A stretch of DNA of 20,000 nucleotides from an uncultured virus (IMG/VR IMGVR_UViG_3300025087_000057). Its lineage: Duplodnaviria; Heunggongvirae; Uroviricota; Caudoviricetes. The translations under genes and the position numbers were made by a program. The stretch lies in the IMG/VR virus record IMGVR_UViG_3300025087_000057. One strand, written 5' to 3'. Numbering within the stretch: the first letter of the stretch is position 1; every line of letters begins with the position of its first letter. This document shows, piece after piece, positions 6,296 to 16,700 of the stretch. The notes under the pieces are model-generated. The model was given only the letters and a program-made list of their open reading frames with translations. It did no database searches and was not told the origin of the DNA.

Positions 6296-7696
6296 ATGAC
6301 CGAAAATATCAAATACACAAGGGTTGCACTTACCATTGATGGTGTTCAAGCCCATCGTGTACAAAACCTAGGAAGCTCTGGAGATATTCCCACCGAAAAA
6401 CTAAAGGAATTAACTAATAGAGGTTCTACAGAAATTAGAACAAGTCTTCCTGCAATCAATGTTACTATAGATACCAACGATATCGGTTCTACCGACACAC
6501 TGGCGTTAGTTTCCGATAAGATGATAGATAAAACATTGGCTACGGAGACAAATGGCCCAAGGGGTGGGTTTTTCAGAAATTATATTAAAAATGCTTCATC
6601 TAATGCTACCGAGAGAACAATTACCGCAGATGATTTGCTTGATTGCTATTGTGATTTTATGATTCCTATTACTGAAGACGGAACCAACATCACAAGGGCG
6701 GCTTGGATTCATCGTGCCTCGATTAGTGGTTTATCGTGGAGTTATGATGTTAATGGATACGCATCCGAAAACTATTCGTTCACTGCCGATAACAAAAGGT
6801 GGTTCTTGAATGACTGGAAAGTTGCCAGAGTTTATAAACCCCACAATGTGGCTCAGAAGCATTCCGGTGATGCTACTACCCAAACTTGGAATAATATGGC
6901 ATCGGCAGTTCCTGATGGTTCAAAAATTCTTTATTATTGTAAGAACGAACATATTTATAGAAACTCAAAAGCTGGATACGGAAGTGGAACAGTTGAAATT
7001 TCCACCGCAGGAACATACAATGGTGTTGTTCATGCTGGTCAGATATGGGTTTCAACAAGTGGTGTTACACTAAACACCGCAGCTTCAACTGACGATGTTT
7101 ACTTCGTATATGTTTGTACTGCCGCCGCAGCTTCGGCATGGGCAGAGGGAACAAAAGGCACAAAGGGTGTCGGTTACGATATCGTTTCTACATCTGGTTC
7201 TTTCGGTGGTATTACAAGAGAATACTTAGCAGCCTACTTATATAACACAGGTGGTCCTATCGGTGATACGGCTCTTCCATCAGAACCTACCTTACGTTTA
7301 CAATCTGTTAATATCGATTATTCTGCTACCGATGAAGAGTTGGTTCAGTTATCATACAAACGTAGATATGGTTATAGTAGGATTGACCCCGTTTTTACAA
7401 TTACTGTTTCTGCTAATGATTCAGATTTAGATATGTTCGCAAGAGCTTGTGCTACTTCTGATGCTTCAGCCAAGACCATTAGTATGGATGATTTCACAAG
7501 AACCAATAAATTGGTTGTTAAAACCTATAAAGATGAAAACAGAACACAACTTGTCAGAACCATGACAATTTCTGATTTAGCGGTGTCGAGTGAGAATTGG
7601 AATGTTAGTGTTGGAGGTAACGCATCACAAGAATTTACATTCACTGCCGATAACATTTCTGTTGTTGGTAATGACGTAAGTTTAACTGGATATTAA
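6296..7696 (+). CDS. Major tail tube protein with two tandem tube-like domains; start ATG 6296, 466 aa
   Basis: Strong RBS AAAGGAGG at 6281-6288. Position between terminator and chaperone/TMP. Duplicated motifs RVQNLG...ASENYSFTADN and RLQSVN...ASQEFTFTADN. A hairpin follows, as is common after highly expressed structural genes. Confidence 0.75.
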   Translation: MTENIKYTRVALTIDGVQAHRVQNLGSSGDIPTEKLKELTNRGSTEIRTSLPAINVTIDTNDIGSTDTLALVSDKMIDKTLATETNGPRGGFFRNYIKNASSNATERTITADDLLDCYCDFMIPITEDGTNITRAAWIHRASISGLSWSYDVNGYASENYSFTADNKRWFLNDWKVARVYKPHNVAQKHSGDATTQTWNNMASAVPDGSKILYYCKNEHIYRNSKAGYGSGTVEISTAGTYNGVVHAGQIWVSTSGVTLNTAASTDDVYFVYVCTAAAASAWAEGTKGTKGVGYDIVSTSGSFGGITREYLAAYLYNTGGPIGDTALPSEPTLRLQSVNIDYSATDEELVQLSYKRRYGYSRIDPVFTITVSANDSDLDMFARACATSDASAKTISMDDFTRTNKLVVKTYKDENRTQLVRTMTISDLAVSSENWNVSVGGNASQEFTFTADNISVVGNDVSLTGY

Positions 7697-7701
7697 AAAT
7701 A

Positions 7702-7718
7702 GGGGGGAATAACCCCCC
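7702..7718 (+). terminator. GC stem-loop after the tail tube gene (leaky terminator or mRNA-stabilising hairpin)
   Basis: GGGGGG-AATAA-CCCCCC, followed by ATTAT rather than a long T-tract. Confidence 0.55.
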
Positions 7719-7737
7719 ATTATAACGGAGGAAAGTA

Positions 7738-8469
7738 ATGGACGGGAAAAACGATAATTCCGGTATTATGGCAAAGGTAGAACAGGAATTGCTTCAAAAA
7801 TTCAGAATTATTCATTTATCAAAATTCAAAGATAAAGAAAATTTTGATGTTTATATTCATCTACCTAATGTTGAAGAACAAACATTAATATCTGATTATT
7901 ATTCACAAATCTTCAATAATCTTTTAATTGACCCCAATAATAAATTACTTACAGAAAAAAGAATGGTAGAAGTTCTTAAAGAAAAGGGGATATGGACTAA
8001 GAGAGATGACGAAGAAATGGAGAGCCTAAGAAAGCAACTTACCAATCTTGAGATTGATATTCTGGAATACAAAAGACATAATAATAACAAAGAAGTTATT
8101 GAAAAATTTGAAGAAGATTATAATAATCTTAGAAATAAAGTCATAGACAAGGCTATGCAAAAAGAGGGGTTTTTATCACATACTATTGATAAAAAAGCTG
8201 AATCTAAATCAAGAATGTATCAAATAGTCCTATGTGTTAAAGACTCCGATGGAAATCAATTATGGAAAACGATAGATGAACTTGGGAAAGAAAATAGTAC
8301 CGCAGGTGTCGCAGAGATAATCGCTGAAAGTCAATTGTTTTACAGTGGCTTAAGCAAGGAGGTACTACAGTGGCTCCCGAAGCGATTATTCGAACAGGAT
8401 GATACTTCGGGAGCGATACCCTTGGAAGAATTGCAAGAAAACCAAGATGGCAAAGAGCCTACAGTATAA
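7738..8469 (+). CDS. Putative tail assembly chaperone (gpG-like position)
   Basis: GGAGG RBS at 7727-7731. Charged, coiled-coil-rich protein with an acidic tail, lying between the tail tube and tape measure genes. Confidence 0.6.
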   Translation: MDGKNDNSGIMAKVEQELLQKFRIIHLSKFKDKENFDVYIHLPNVEEQTLISDYYSQIFNNLLIDPNNKLLTEKRMVEVLKEKGIWTKRDDEEMESLRKQLTNLEIDILEYKRHNNNKEVIEKFEEDYNNLRNKVIDKAMQKEGFLSHTIDKKAESKSRMYQIVLCVKDSDGNQLWKTIDELGKENSTAGVAEIIAESQLFYSGLSKEVLQWLPKRLFEQDDTSGAIPLEELQENQDGKEPTV

Positions 8470-8729
8470 GTGAGGCTCTCCACTCTCCGATGTTTCCGGG
8501 GGCTGTTTCTCAATGGAGTGAGGAACAAATAATCTTTGTCCATCTTTGTGGGTATTACCACAATATAATGAATGAAGACAAGAAACCCGATGATTATACA
8601 TTTGCTCATGATGTTTTGTTAGAAAGATGGGTTGATAATAAAAAGAAACAGGAAAAGAGCAAAAAAGGGAACGGAAGACAGGGAAGACATAGTGCTTCCA
8701 ATCACGCTGAAATTATAGAATTTGGGTAA
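8403..8729 (+). CDS. Second chaperone segment (gpT-like) in the -1 frame relative to the upstream ORF; the open frame extends 87 nt upstream of ATG 8490
   Basis: The frame is open from 8403 (after TGA 8400-8402) and reads YFGSDTLGRIARKPRWQRAYSISEALHSPMFPGAVSQWSEEQ... It overlaps the chaperone 3' end by 67 nt. ATG 8490 has only a weak, distant RBS. Its stop TAA overlaps the TMP ATG. Confidence 0.6.
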   Translation, partial: YFGSDTLGRIARKPRWQRAYSISEALHSPMFPGAVSQWSEEQIIFVHLCGYYHNIMNEDKKPDDYTFAHDVLLERWVDNKKKQEKSKKGNGRQGRHSASNHAEIIEFG

Positions 8730-11700
8730 TGAATATGGCAGATTTGACACAAATGATTCGATTTATTTTTCAGGCTGAAAACTCCGAGGCTGTTATCTTA
8801 AAGTTACAACAAATAGAGGGAGCTGTCGGTAGTTTTGCCGGAATTGTCGGGGCAGACTTAAATAATGCTATTGATAGAGTTATTATAGGTGCGAAAAAAC
8901 TTGCACATGGGCTTGGTAAGGGAGAGGGTATATCAGAAGCTGCCCAAAAAATAAAAGAATTAAAAATTCAATATATGGAACTCATTGCCGTATTTAATAA
9001 AAATAAAGGCAACGCCGCTTTCCCCAAAGAACAGATGATTGATAAAATATATCAATTATCATCAGCTATCAATAAAGCAGAATCAAATTTTGTAAAAATA
9101 TCAAAATCAATGATTTCAGCAAGAACTGACGCCGAAAAAATAGGTACATCGTTTGCCACAGCCGGGACAAAAGTAAGTGGATTTAGGGGTATGGTTAATG
9201 AGGCAAGGGCTTCATTGGAAAAAATGGGTGGTGCTCAAACTAATCTAAATACAAGTCTTGATAATGCTATTGGAAAATTAATTAAATATCGTCTTACTTA
9301 TTTAATTTTCAGAAAAGCCGTCGACGCTGCCAAAGAATCATTAGAAACATTTGCTACTGTTAATACTCAATTAGCTCAATTAGAAAAAGTATTAGACCCT
9401 GCCACGAGTAATATCGAAGAATTAAGAGATGCTTCATTTGCTCTTGGAGAAGAATTTTCTGTTTCCGCAGAAAAGGTTTTAAAGGCTTTTGTTATATGGG
9501 CGCAGGTAGGTCTTTCTCAACAAGAGGTACTGGAAGCAACAAGAACTACTCTTGTTGGTGTTAATGCAATAGGTTTCGATACCGTTGAAATGACCGAAGC
9601 ATTAACCTCTGTTATGTTTACATATGGTATAGAAGTCCAAAATACTATGCAATATGTAAATGAATGGATGAGAGTTCAAGCCAAATTCCCAACTTCTGCA
9701 CAGGATTTAGCAGGAGCATTAAAGGCTGTTGGTTCGGCTGCAAAAGAAGTCGGCGTAGATTTAACTGAATTAAGTGGATATGTTGTAGCCATAAATGCCA
9801 TTACAAGAAAATCAGGTACTGCTATCGGTCAATCACTAAAAACAATGTTTGCTCGTATGGTTAAACCTGAATACATAGCATTATTACAAGACGTTGGTAT
9901 CGCGGTCAAGGCTAATGCAGATGAATTTAGGGATATTGATGACGTTTTAGATGAACTTTCTGAAAAGTGGAGCACTCTTACTGGTGTCCAAAAAACAAAT
10001 ATAGCTCAACAGGCTGGTGGAATAAGAAGATATGTAGATTTCTTGGCTTTGATGGATGCCTATGCATTAAAACAACAAGCTATCGTAGAGGCTCATCTTA
10101 CTACTGATGAAGCTTTTAAGGCTTCAGATATAGAAGTTGCCACTTATACCAAACAGATGGAAGCACTAAAAGTCACTATGTCTGATTTCGGAGAAGTGTT
10201 TGGTAAAGAATTGGCTGTAGGGATTATTGATGTTATTCAATCTTTAGCGGCAATATTAAAAATCCTTAAACCACTGGCTCCTTTGTTTGGTGCTATTATT
10301 AGGGTTGGTGGTTCAATGGCATTGATTTTTGGTACAATAAAAATAGCTGCTGCTGCATGGGGATTGATTCAAAGGCAGGTTACTATAGCATTAGCACAAT
10401 CAACTGTTGCGGTATCAAGTCATAGTGCTGCCGTGTTGGGATTAGCAGGAGTCACTACTACTGCTACTGGTGCAAATATCGGATTTGCTGCATCAATTAG
10501 GGCAGTTATGGGAGCACTTGGTCCTATAGCACTTGCTCTATCTTTAGTAGGTGGAGCTATTGCTACATATTACTCATTAGCAAGAGACTCTAATGAAACA
10601 TTTAGAGCCCATGCTAAATACACCCAGATAGATATAGAAGCTTTAACAAAAAATATAAAAGCAAGAAGAGCTCAGAACGATATTATTGACGAATCTGTTT
10701 CTCAATTTGAAATTCTTGCAAAAAAATATCAAACTTTAAAATCATTAGGTAAAGACATCACAGAAACAGAAAAACAAATGAGTGTACAGGGAGATTTACT
10801 AAGTAGTATTAATACCGATTTGGCTATATCGGTTGACAGAATTATACGTTCTTTGGATGTAGGAAAAATAGCATTTGACGCATTATACGAAGCAGCAACA
10901 AGAACGAAGGGAATAAATCAATCTTTAGCCAATGAAAATGAAAAAATATTAGCATCTAATAAAAAAGTTTTCGAACTAACTTATGATACTAAAAAAGCTT
11001 CACTAGAAGCATCTATAAACGGTTTACAAAAAGCAGAAGAAGATATCATCAAAGCTATTGAATCTCCTGATATTTCTATATTAAAAGACAGACCCGTTGC
11101 ATTAAATATAGACGATATGAATGATGCCGCAAAGGAACTATTAACTTTTAAATTAAAGTTCCTAAAGGAATTTTCTCCCTTTTTGTCAAAAGCAGAAGTA
11201 GACGAAATTAACGGAAGATTTGATGAAGTCGGAAAGGGAATAGAAACATTTGCATCTGATATAAGCTATGTATATAAAACACTTAATCTCCAAGATTATG
11301 AAAATTTACCATTAGAGGAATTATTTAAGGTTGACCCAAATACAGCAATAAAAGCAGAGGAAACAATTAAAAAATTTAAATCAGATGCAATAATTATGTT
11401 CGGTGATTTATATACGGGTGTTTCAGATAAATATAAAGAAGATTCAGAGGCTTTGGATAAATTAATAAAACAAAAGAATATTTTCGCTTCTTTGGAGGCT
11501 ATAGAAGCTCCAACAGCTATCCCAACAAAATTTTATGAGATACCATTAAGTGGATTAGATGAATTAAAAACAAAATTGCAACAAACTGTCGGTGATGTTC
11601 AATTGATGGGAGATTCTGTTGGTAGATTAATCAAATATAATGAACAAATGGGGAGTTCAGCCAAAGAAACCGCCTCATCTATTGCCTCTTATTATAAAGC

Positions 11701-13348
11701 AGCTTTAAAGACATTCACAAATGTGGTTGACGATATAAATACCAAAAAAATAGAAATTGGATTTATTGCCGAAGAGTTTGAAAATAAATTTATATCAGAT
11801 TATATGGCATCTAATAGAGTTCTTGATTTCGAAAAATTAAAAGGATTATTTAAAGACCTTGACGGTGTTGTCGCTGGTGCTAATGTAAGATTGAATGTTC
11901 TTAATGAAATGGCCGCAATGTTTTTTCCTATCATTTTTAATGGGATTAACATGGCACTTGTGGGATTTAAAAAATGGAATGATATGGCAGAGTCTGGCGT
12001 CAAAGGTATGCAGATTTCCAATTTATATAATAAGTTAACGGAATCTACTACACAAAAAATGGTAGAGTTATATAAACTTCTTGGGAAGAGTCAAAAAGAT
12101 ATAGTCAGATATCAAATTGATGCATTAAAAATATCTCATGAAGAAAGACGACAAGCCATTCTATTACTTGAAGCCGAAGACCAAGAAAAAGCATTGAATG
12201 CAGAGTCCGTAGACTATGCCCAAAAAAGATTAGAGCTAGAACAACAATTAGCAGCGATTGATTATACTGAAAATATAAAGAAAGCTGTCGATGCTCAAAA
12301 AGAATTGCAAAATACTTTATCAAAAGCACTTTCCAATGTTCCCAAAGATATGTCTACTGGATTCGAAAAGAGAAGAGATATTTCTCAGGAAATAAAAGAC
12401 ATCGAAAAAGAAATCAATGCTGCCAGAGCCGATGGAGATAGACAAGAAGTCCAATCTTTAGAGAACAAGAAAAAGGAACTTCAACAGCAATTAGATTCTT
12501 ATCGAGCTGGATTATATGAATTAGCTCAATTCGCCAAGAACATTACAGAAGGTTTATCAACTGCCAGAATCCAAGCCCTTTCCGACAACATTGCCGACGC
12601 TCTGTCGGATATAGACGTTGGAGGGGTTTCCATAGGAGCCAGAATCGGAGCTGCTATTGCTAATGTTGAAACAAAATATCTTACTCAACTTGATATATTA
12701 AATGTAACCATGCTCAATAGACAACAATCTATTTTTGACGAATTTATATGGGAGCTTGGAGCTATTTTAAATGAACCAATAACAAAAGTAGAAAGAACTC
12801 CTTTTGGAACATCGGAAATTAGTCTTACAGAGGAATCAGATAAACTAAAAATAGGGTTCAAAGCATTGAAGGATTATATAGAAACAATTGCTGGAACAAT
12901 GGCAGGAACGGCCCTTGGGGGTGGTGGCACTGGAGCCAGTACAGGAGCATCTCTGGGGTCTACTATAGGTGGATTAATTTCTGGATTAGGTATTTTTGGT
13001 GGTCCTCTTGGTGGTATTGTGGGAGGACTATTCGGTGGATTACTTGACAGTGAAAAAGATTTAGATAAAGATATTGTTGATTTGGGTAGTGTTGTTATCG
13101 AGAATACTCATTCAATAGATGCTAATACTGATGCTCTAAAACAGCTTGATAGTGTCCTTTTTAATGCTCCCTCTACGTTTGTTTTACCAACATTTTCAAC
13201 TCAAGGGGCTCCTTCTAGAGAGGCCACAAGGATAGTTATATATGCTAATGACGCTGGTGATGTAGCTAAAAAAGTTGGCGATTTATTAAATAAACAATAT
13301 TCGGTTGATGTTAGAACTTCAAGAACCAATAAAAGATATGATATATAG
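8729..13348 (+). CDS. Phage tail tape measure protein (TP901-family core), 1539 aa
   Basis: Core motifs LAQLEKV...IEELRDASFALGEEF...WAQVG...TSAQDLAGALKAVGSAAKEVGVDLTELSGYV...RKSGTAIGQSLKTMFARM. Also long coiled-coil stretches, hydrophobic Ala/Gly segments and a Gly-rich C-terminal region. Confidence 0.92.
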   Translation: MNMADLTQMIRFIFQAENSEAVILKLQQIEGAVGSFAGIVGADLNNAIDRVIIGAKKLAHGLGKGEGISEAAQKIKELKIQYMELIAVFNKNKGNAAFPKEQMIDKIYQLSSAINKAESNFVKISKSMISARTDAEKIGTSFATAGTKVSGFRGMVNEARASLEKMGGAQTNLNTSLDNAIGKLIKYRLTYLIFRKAVDAAKESLETFATVNTQLAQLEKVLDPATSNIEELRDASFALGEEFSVSAEKVLKAFVIWAQVGLSQQEVLEATRTTLVGVNAIGFDTVEMTEALTSVMFTYGIEVQNTMQYVNEWMRVQAKFPTSAQDLAGALKAVGSAAKEVGVDLTELSGYVVAINAITRKSGTAIGQSLKTMFARMVKPEYIALLQDVGIAVKANADEFRDIDDVLDELSEKWSTLTGVQKTNIAQQAGGIRRYVDFLALMDAYALKQQAIVEAHLTTDEAFKASDIEVATYTKQMEALKVTMSDFGEVFGKELAVGIIDVIQSLAAILKILKPLAPLFGAIIRVGGSMALIFGTIKIAAAAWGLIQRQVTIALAQSTVAVSSHSAAVLGLAGVTTTATGANIGFAASIRAVMGALGPIALALSLVGGAIATYYSLARDSNETFRAHAKYTQIDIEALTKNIKARRAQNDIIDESVSQFEILAKKYQTLKSLGKDITETEKQMSVQGDLLSSINTDLAISVDRIIRSLDVGKIAFDALYEAATRTKGINQSLANENEKILASNKKVFELTYDTKKASLEASINGLQKAEEDIIKAIESPDISILKDRPVALNIDDMNDAAKELLTFKLKFLKEFSPFLSKAEVDEINGRFDEVGKGIETFASDISYVYKTLNLQDYENLPLEELFKVDPNTAIKAEETIKKFKSDAIIMFGDLYTGVSDKYKEDSEALDKLIKQKNIFASLEAIEAPTAIPTKFYEIPLSGLDELKTKLQQTVGDVQLMGDSVGRLIKYNEQMGSSAKETASSIASYYKAALKTFTNVVDDINTKKIEIGFIAEEFENKFISDYMASNRVLDFEKLKGLFKDLDGVVAGANVRLNVLNEMAAMFFPIIFNGINMALVGFKKWNDMAESGVKGMQISNLYNKLTESTTQKMVELYKLLGKSQKDIVRYQIDALKISHEERRQAILLLEAEDQEKALNAESVDYAQKRLELEQQLAAIDYTENIKKAVDAQKELQNTLSKALSNVPKDMSTGFEKRRDISQEIKDIEKEINAARADGDRQEVQSLENKKKELQQQLDSYRAGLYELAQFAKNITEGLSTARIQALSDNIADALSDIDVGGVSIGARIGAAIANVETKYLTQLDILNVTMLNRQQSIFDEFIWELGAILNEPITKVERTPFGTSEISLTEESDKLKIGFKALKDYIETIAGTMAGTALGGGGTGASTGASLGSTIGGLISGLGIFGGPLGGIVGGLFGGLLDSEKDLDKDIVDLGSVVIENTHSIDANTDALKQLDSVLFNAPSTFVLPTFSTQGAPSREATRIVIYANDAGDVAKKVGDLLNKQYSVDVRTSRTNKRYDI

Positions 13349-13356
13349 GGGGGGGA

Positions 13357-13761
13357 ATGGCTAATTGTATATTAACTTCAGCAACTCCAACTGCTGAATA
13401 CACACTACCGTATAATCCATCGTTTTATACAACAGATGAAGATGAAACAATTTTATCAAAAAAAATTCTACACGGTGCTCCAGTTTGGCATGAAGTTAAA
13501 TTCGATAACAGAATAAGAGCCTTATCTTGGAGTGGTTACGAAGCATCTAATTCTGATATTCAGGGAATTGTTACATTTTTTAAAAATAAAAAGGGTATGA
13601 CTTATTATATAAATTTTCAGGATATGGATACAATGAATTTATTGTGGCCCACAAACGACACATGGAAAAAAATAAGAATAGTAAATATAACATCGTCATT
13701 CAGGAAAGGTGGCACTATAGTTTATGATAACATTTCATTAACTATCCAGCCAGAGGAATAA
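13357..13761 (+). CDS. Putative distal tail (Dit-like) protein
   Basis: A 134-aa gene directly after the TMP. YTLPYNPS, RALSWSGY and the terminal YDNISLTIQ strand fit a minimal Dit/tube-fold protein. Confidence 0.55.
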   Translation: MANCILTSATPTAEYTLPYNPSFYTTDEDETILSKKILHGAPVWHEVKFDNRIRALSWSGYEASNSDIQGIVTFFKNKKGMTYYINFQDMDTMNLLWPTNDTWKKIRIVNITSSFRKGGTIVYDNISLTIQPEE

Positions 13762-13762
13762 A

Positions 13763-16700
13763 ATGATAGAAAGAATTGATATTCCAGATAAAAATAGTTT
13801 CGAAAATGATTTAGATGGTGTTCAACCGTATTATAGTAAAAGAGCCATCCCTATTTCATTAATTAAATACACTAATACCGTAAGAACGGTTAAGAACGAT
13901 GGCATTACCATGGATTGTTATCGGTCTACTTCTAATGCTATCAATATGATTAATACATCGTTTAGTGGCGTTACCCCAATTGTTAAATTTTATTATTCGA
14001 ATGGTTTACCACCATTCTTTACAGCCAATGATTCCGGGATAAACTGGGCCACTAAATATAGAATGAAGTTTTTTGCTCCATATACTGGAAATTACACTTT
14101 GGCTTTTGGCGGTTCTGGTGAAATTTCCAATGTTTATATTGATAATTCAAAAAAACAAATTCAAAGGGGTAATGAAAATGGCGATAGTATTATTTTACAT
14201 TATAACGATACCAGTTATGGCATAGCTACATCGTCATTCTCGTCAGAAACATGGCATAGTATTTCTTTTTTATATAATGCATACAAACAAACCAATAATT
14301 CGTATGGATTAATAGCCATGTGGAAATCGGACAATAGTGAAACTCCAAATTACATTCCATTATCAGCAGGGGTTTGTGCTCCAATAAACCAAGATACATC
14401 TGACGCTGATGATGGTGAAACCATAAAATCCCATACGGCTTATTACTATTCTAATATAAATTACTCTGTCAAAAAAGAACAAATAGCTACACTAACATTT
14501 GACATCCCATTAATGGCATCGACAACAGTTTACGCTGGAGGATACAAACACACTTCTAATGGATTTATAGATACCGTTCATAATATTACATTACAACAAG
14601 ACCGAATGGTGGAATATTATGAGGGGTATAGAATATATCATAATGATAATTTTGCGATAGACGCCAGTGCTTGTAGTTATATAGAGGTCCCATACCATCA
14701 ATCTCTTGCTTGTACGGCAGGTGGAATTACTCTTGAGTCCTGGGTAAAAGTAAGCCCAGGTTGCAATGGTGGATATGTTATTACCAAGCCATACCAAAAT
14801 GCGGATGGTGCGGCGGCAGAATATGCCATGTATATAAGCAATACTGGTGGTATTACCTTTAATATGTATGGGGAGGGGTATACCTATGATACTGATATTA
14901 GGGATAATTTGTGGCATCACATTGTTCTTAGTGCTAATGGCTCTATCTGGAACTGGTACATCGATGGAAGCTCGGCGAAATCACAAACAACGACGAAAGT
15001 ACCGGGAAATGTAAATAGCAAAAACATAAGATTTGGGGCCAATATTCTTGGAACTAATCATCTTGAATCTGTTATAGATGAAATAAAAATATTCGGGAGA
15101 GGACTTTCATCGGCAGAAGCCAAATATCACTATAATAATGGAAATGGCAGAAGAAAGTCCTCTCCCACCGAACAACTAAGGGGTTATTGGAGATTTTCCG
15201 AGGGAAGTGGAACAGTTGTTAATGACTCCTATAACACAAATCATGGAAGTATTTCTGGAATAACGTCATCAACGTGGATTACTGGCAAAATATCTGAAAG
15301 AGATGAATATGTTAAAAAATTTACTGGTCATATAAAAGATTTCAAAACTAATTATAAAACCGATGAAATAGATTCGATTCAAGTATATTGCGAAGATTTT
15401 ACTTCATTTATGAAAGAGTCTTTTAATGTTTACTCTCCTAGCTATATGGATTATATCCAAGTTGGATATACCACTAAAAGAGGGGAATTGCCCAATAAAT
15501 CTGTTGAGGGGATAGGTAAACCAAAAACATTCGATGGATGGGAATTATATAAAGTCATGCATGTTCTTATGACAGAATCGTTTATCGACCCGTATTTATT
15601 TTATAAACATAAAATACATACAGACAACTATGGATGCTCCATAAATGGTAATTTCAAAATAAGATGGACTAACTCCACTTCCAATATTTTAAAAATGGAT
15701 ACAAGAGAATATTATGGGAACCCAAATGTAATTAGTGGTGATGGGAATGTGCCTGATGATGCATATATAAATACGGCTGGATTTGGAGAATATTACTATG
15801 ATATTGCAATGAATTTATTATCTCCATTCTATATAGATTTTTATTTTGACAGATATGGGCATCCATTTATGTTCCCATATAATACTCCAACATCGATAAC
15901 TCATATATCGTCATTCGATGGGGTTAACAGTTTTTCTAGTACTGAATCGATAAAGTATTTATTTGGAGAGTACTACCACACCACTGCCACTGTTACTTCC
16001 TCGGCTGATTTTACTGGGAAAAGAATTGATGTAGTTTGTGGGGTTTCTCCAAATAGTGGAGTGATTTCCCCAGAGTCTGATGAATATAGCCTAAAAATAA
16101 CTATAAAAAATAACGGGAATACCATAAGTACACAATATTTAAACTTATATTATGCAACTACATGGGGATATAATAATGGAATTGCTCCTACGCTTGGATA
16201 TAATCCATCGGTTTTTAAATTAACGAATTTAATGGCTTACGATACCTATAGAATAATTTTTGAAACAAATCCCGATGGAACTTCATATGATATCGCTCTT
16301 AATGGTATTATGACTTATGATGAAAACTATGAAACAGGAAATGTTGTTATAGAAACCGATGATTCAAATAGTCGTGGCGGTATTACAAATCTATCAATTG
16401 AAGACTCTGTTAAAGATACCCGCAATGAGGTTTATGTTTACGGTGCATTAAGAGGGGTTGTTTATACAAAAGACACCGATGGGAATAGAAGCGACGTTAA
16501 TCCCAATAACCCTATTTATAATTATTATTATTCGATTTCAAGAGATATAAATTCTATTTATACATCAACCGCTTTTAATTATAGAGGTAGGCCGATAAGG
16601 ATTTTAATTCAAGACCCAAAAATAAGTAACAACACTCAAGCTGATATGGTTAGTTATAATATTCTTCAAACCTATAGACAAAAACATTTAAAACCATCTA

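Noticed and set aside
8341..8375. 10-bp direct repeat TACAGTGGCT (8341 and 8366) as a ribosomal hop or deletion site joining the two chaperone ORFs
   Set aside because: A 25-nt jump lands in the third frame, which stops at about 8471, not in the frame of the downstream ORF.
5790..13761. Contractile injection system, tailocin or myovirus tail
   Set aside because: No sheath, baseplate wedge, LysM or spike genes are recognisable. The neck genes and the long TMP-Dit-hub order indicate a non-contractile phage tail.
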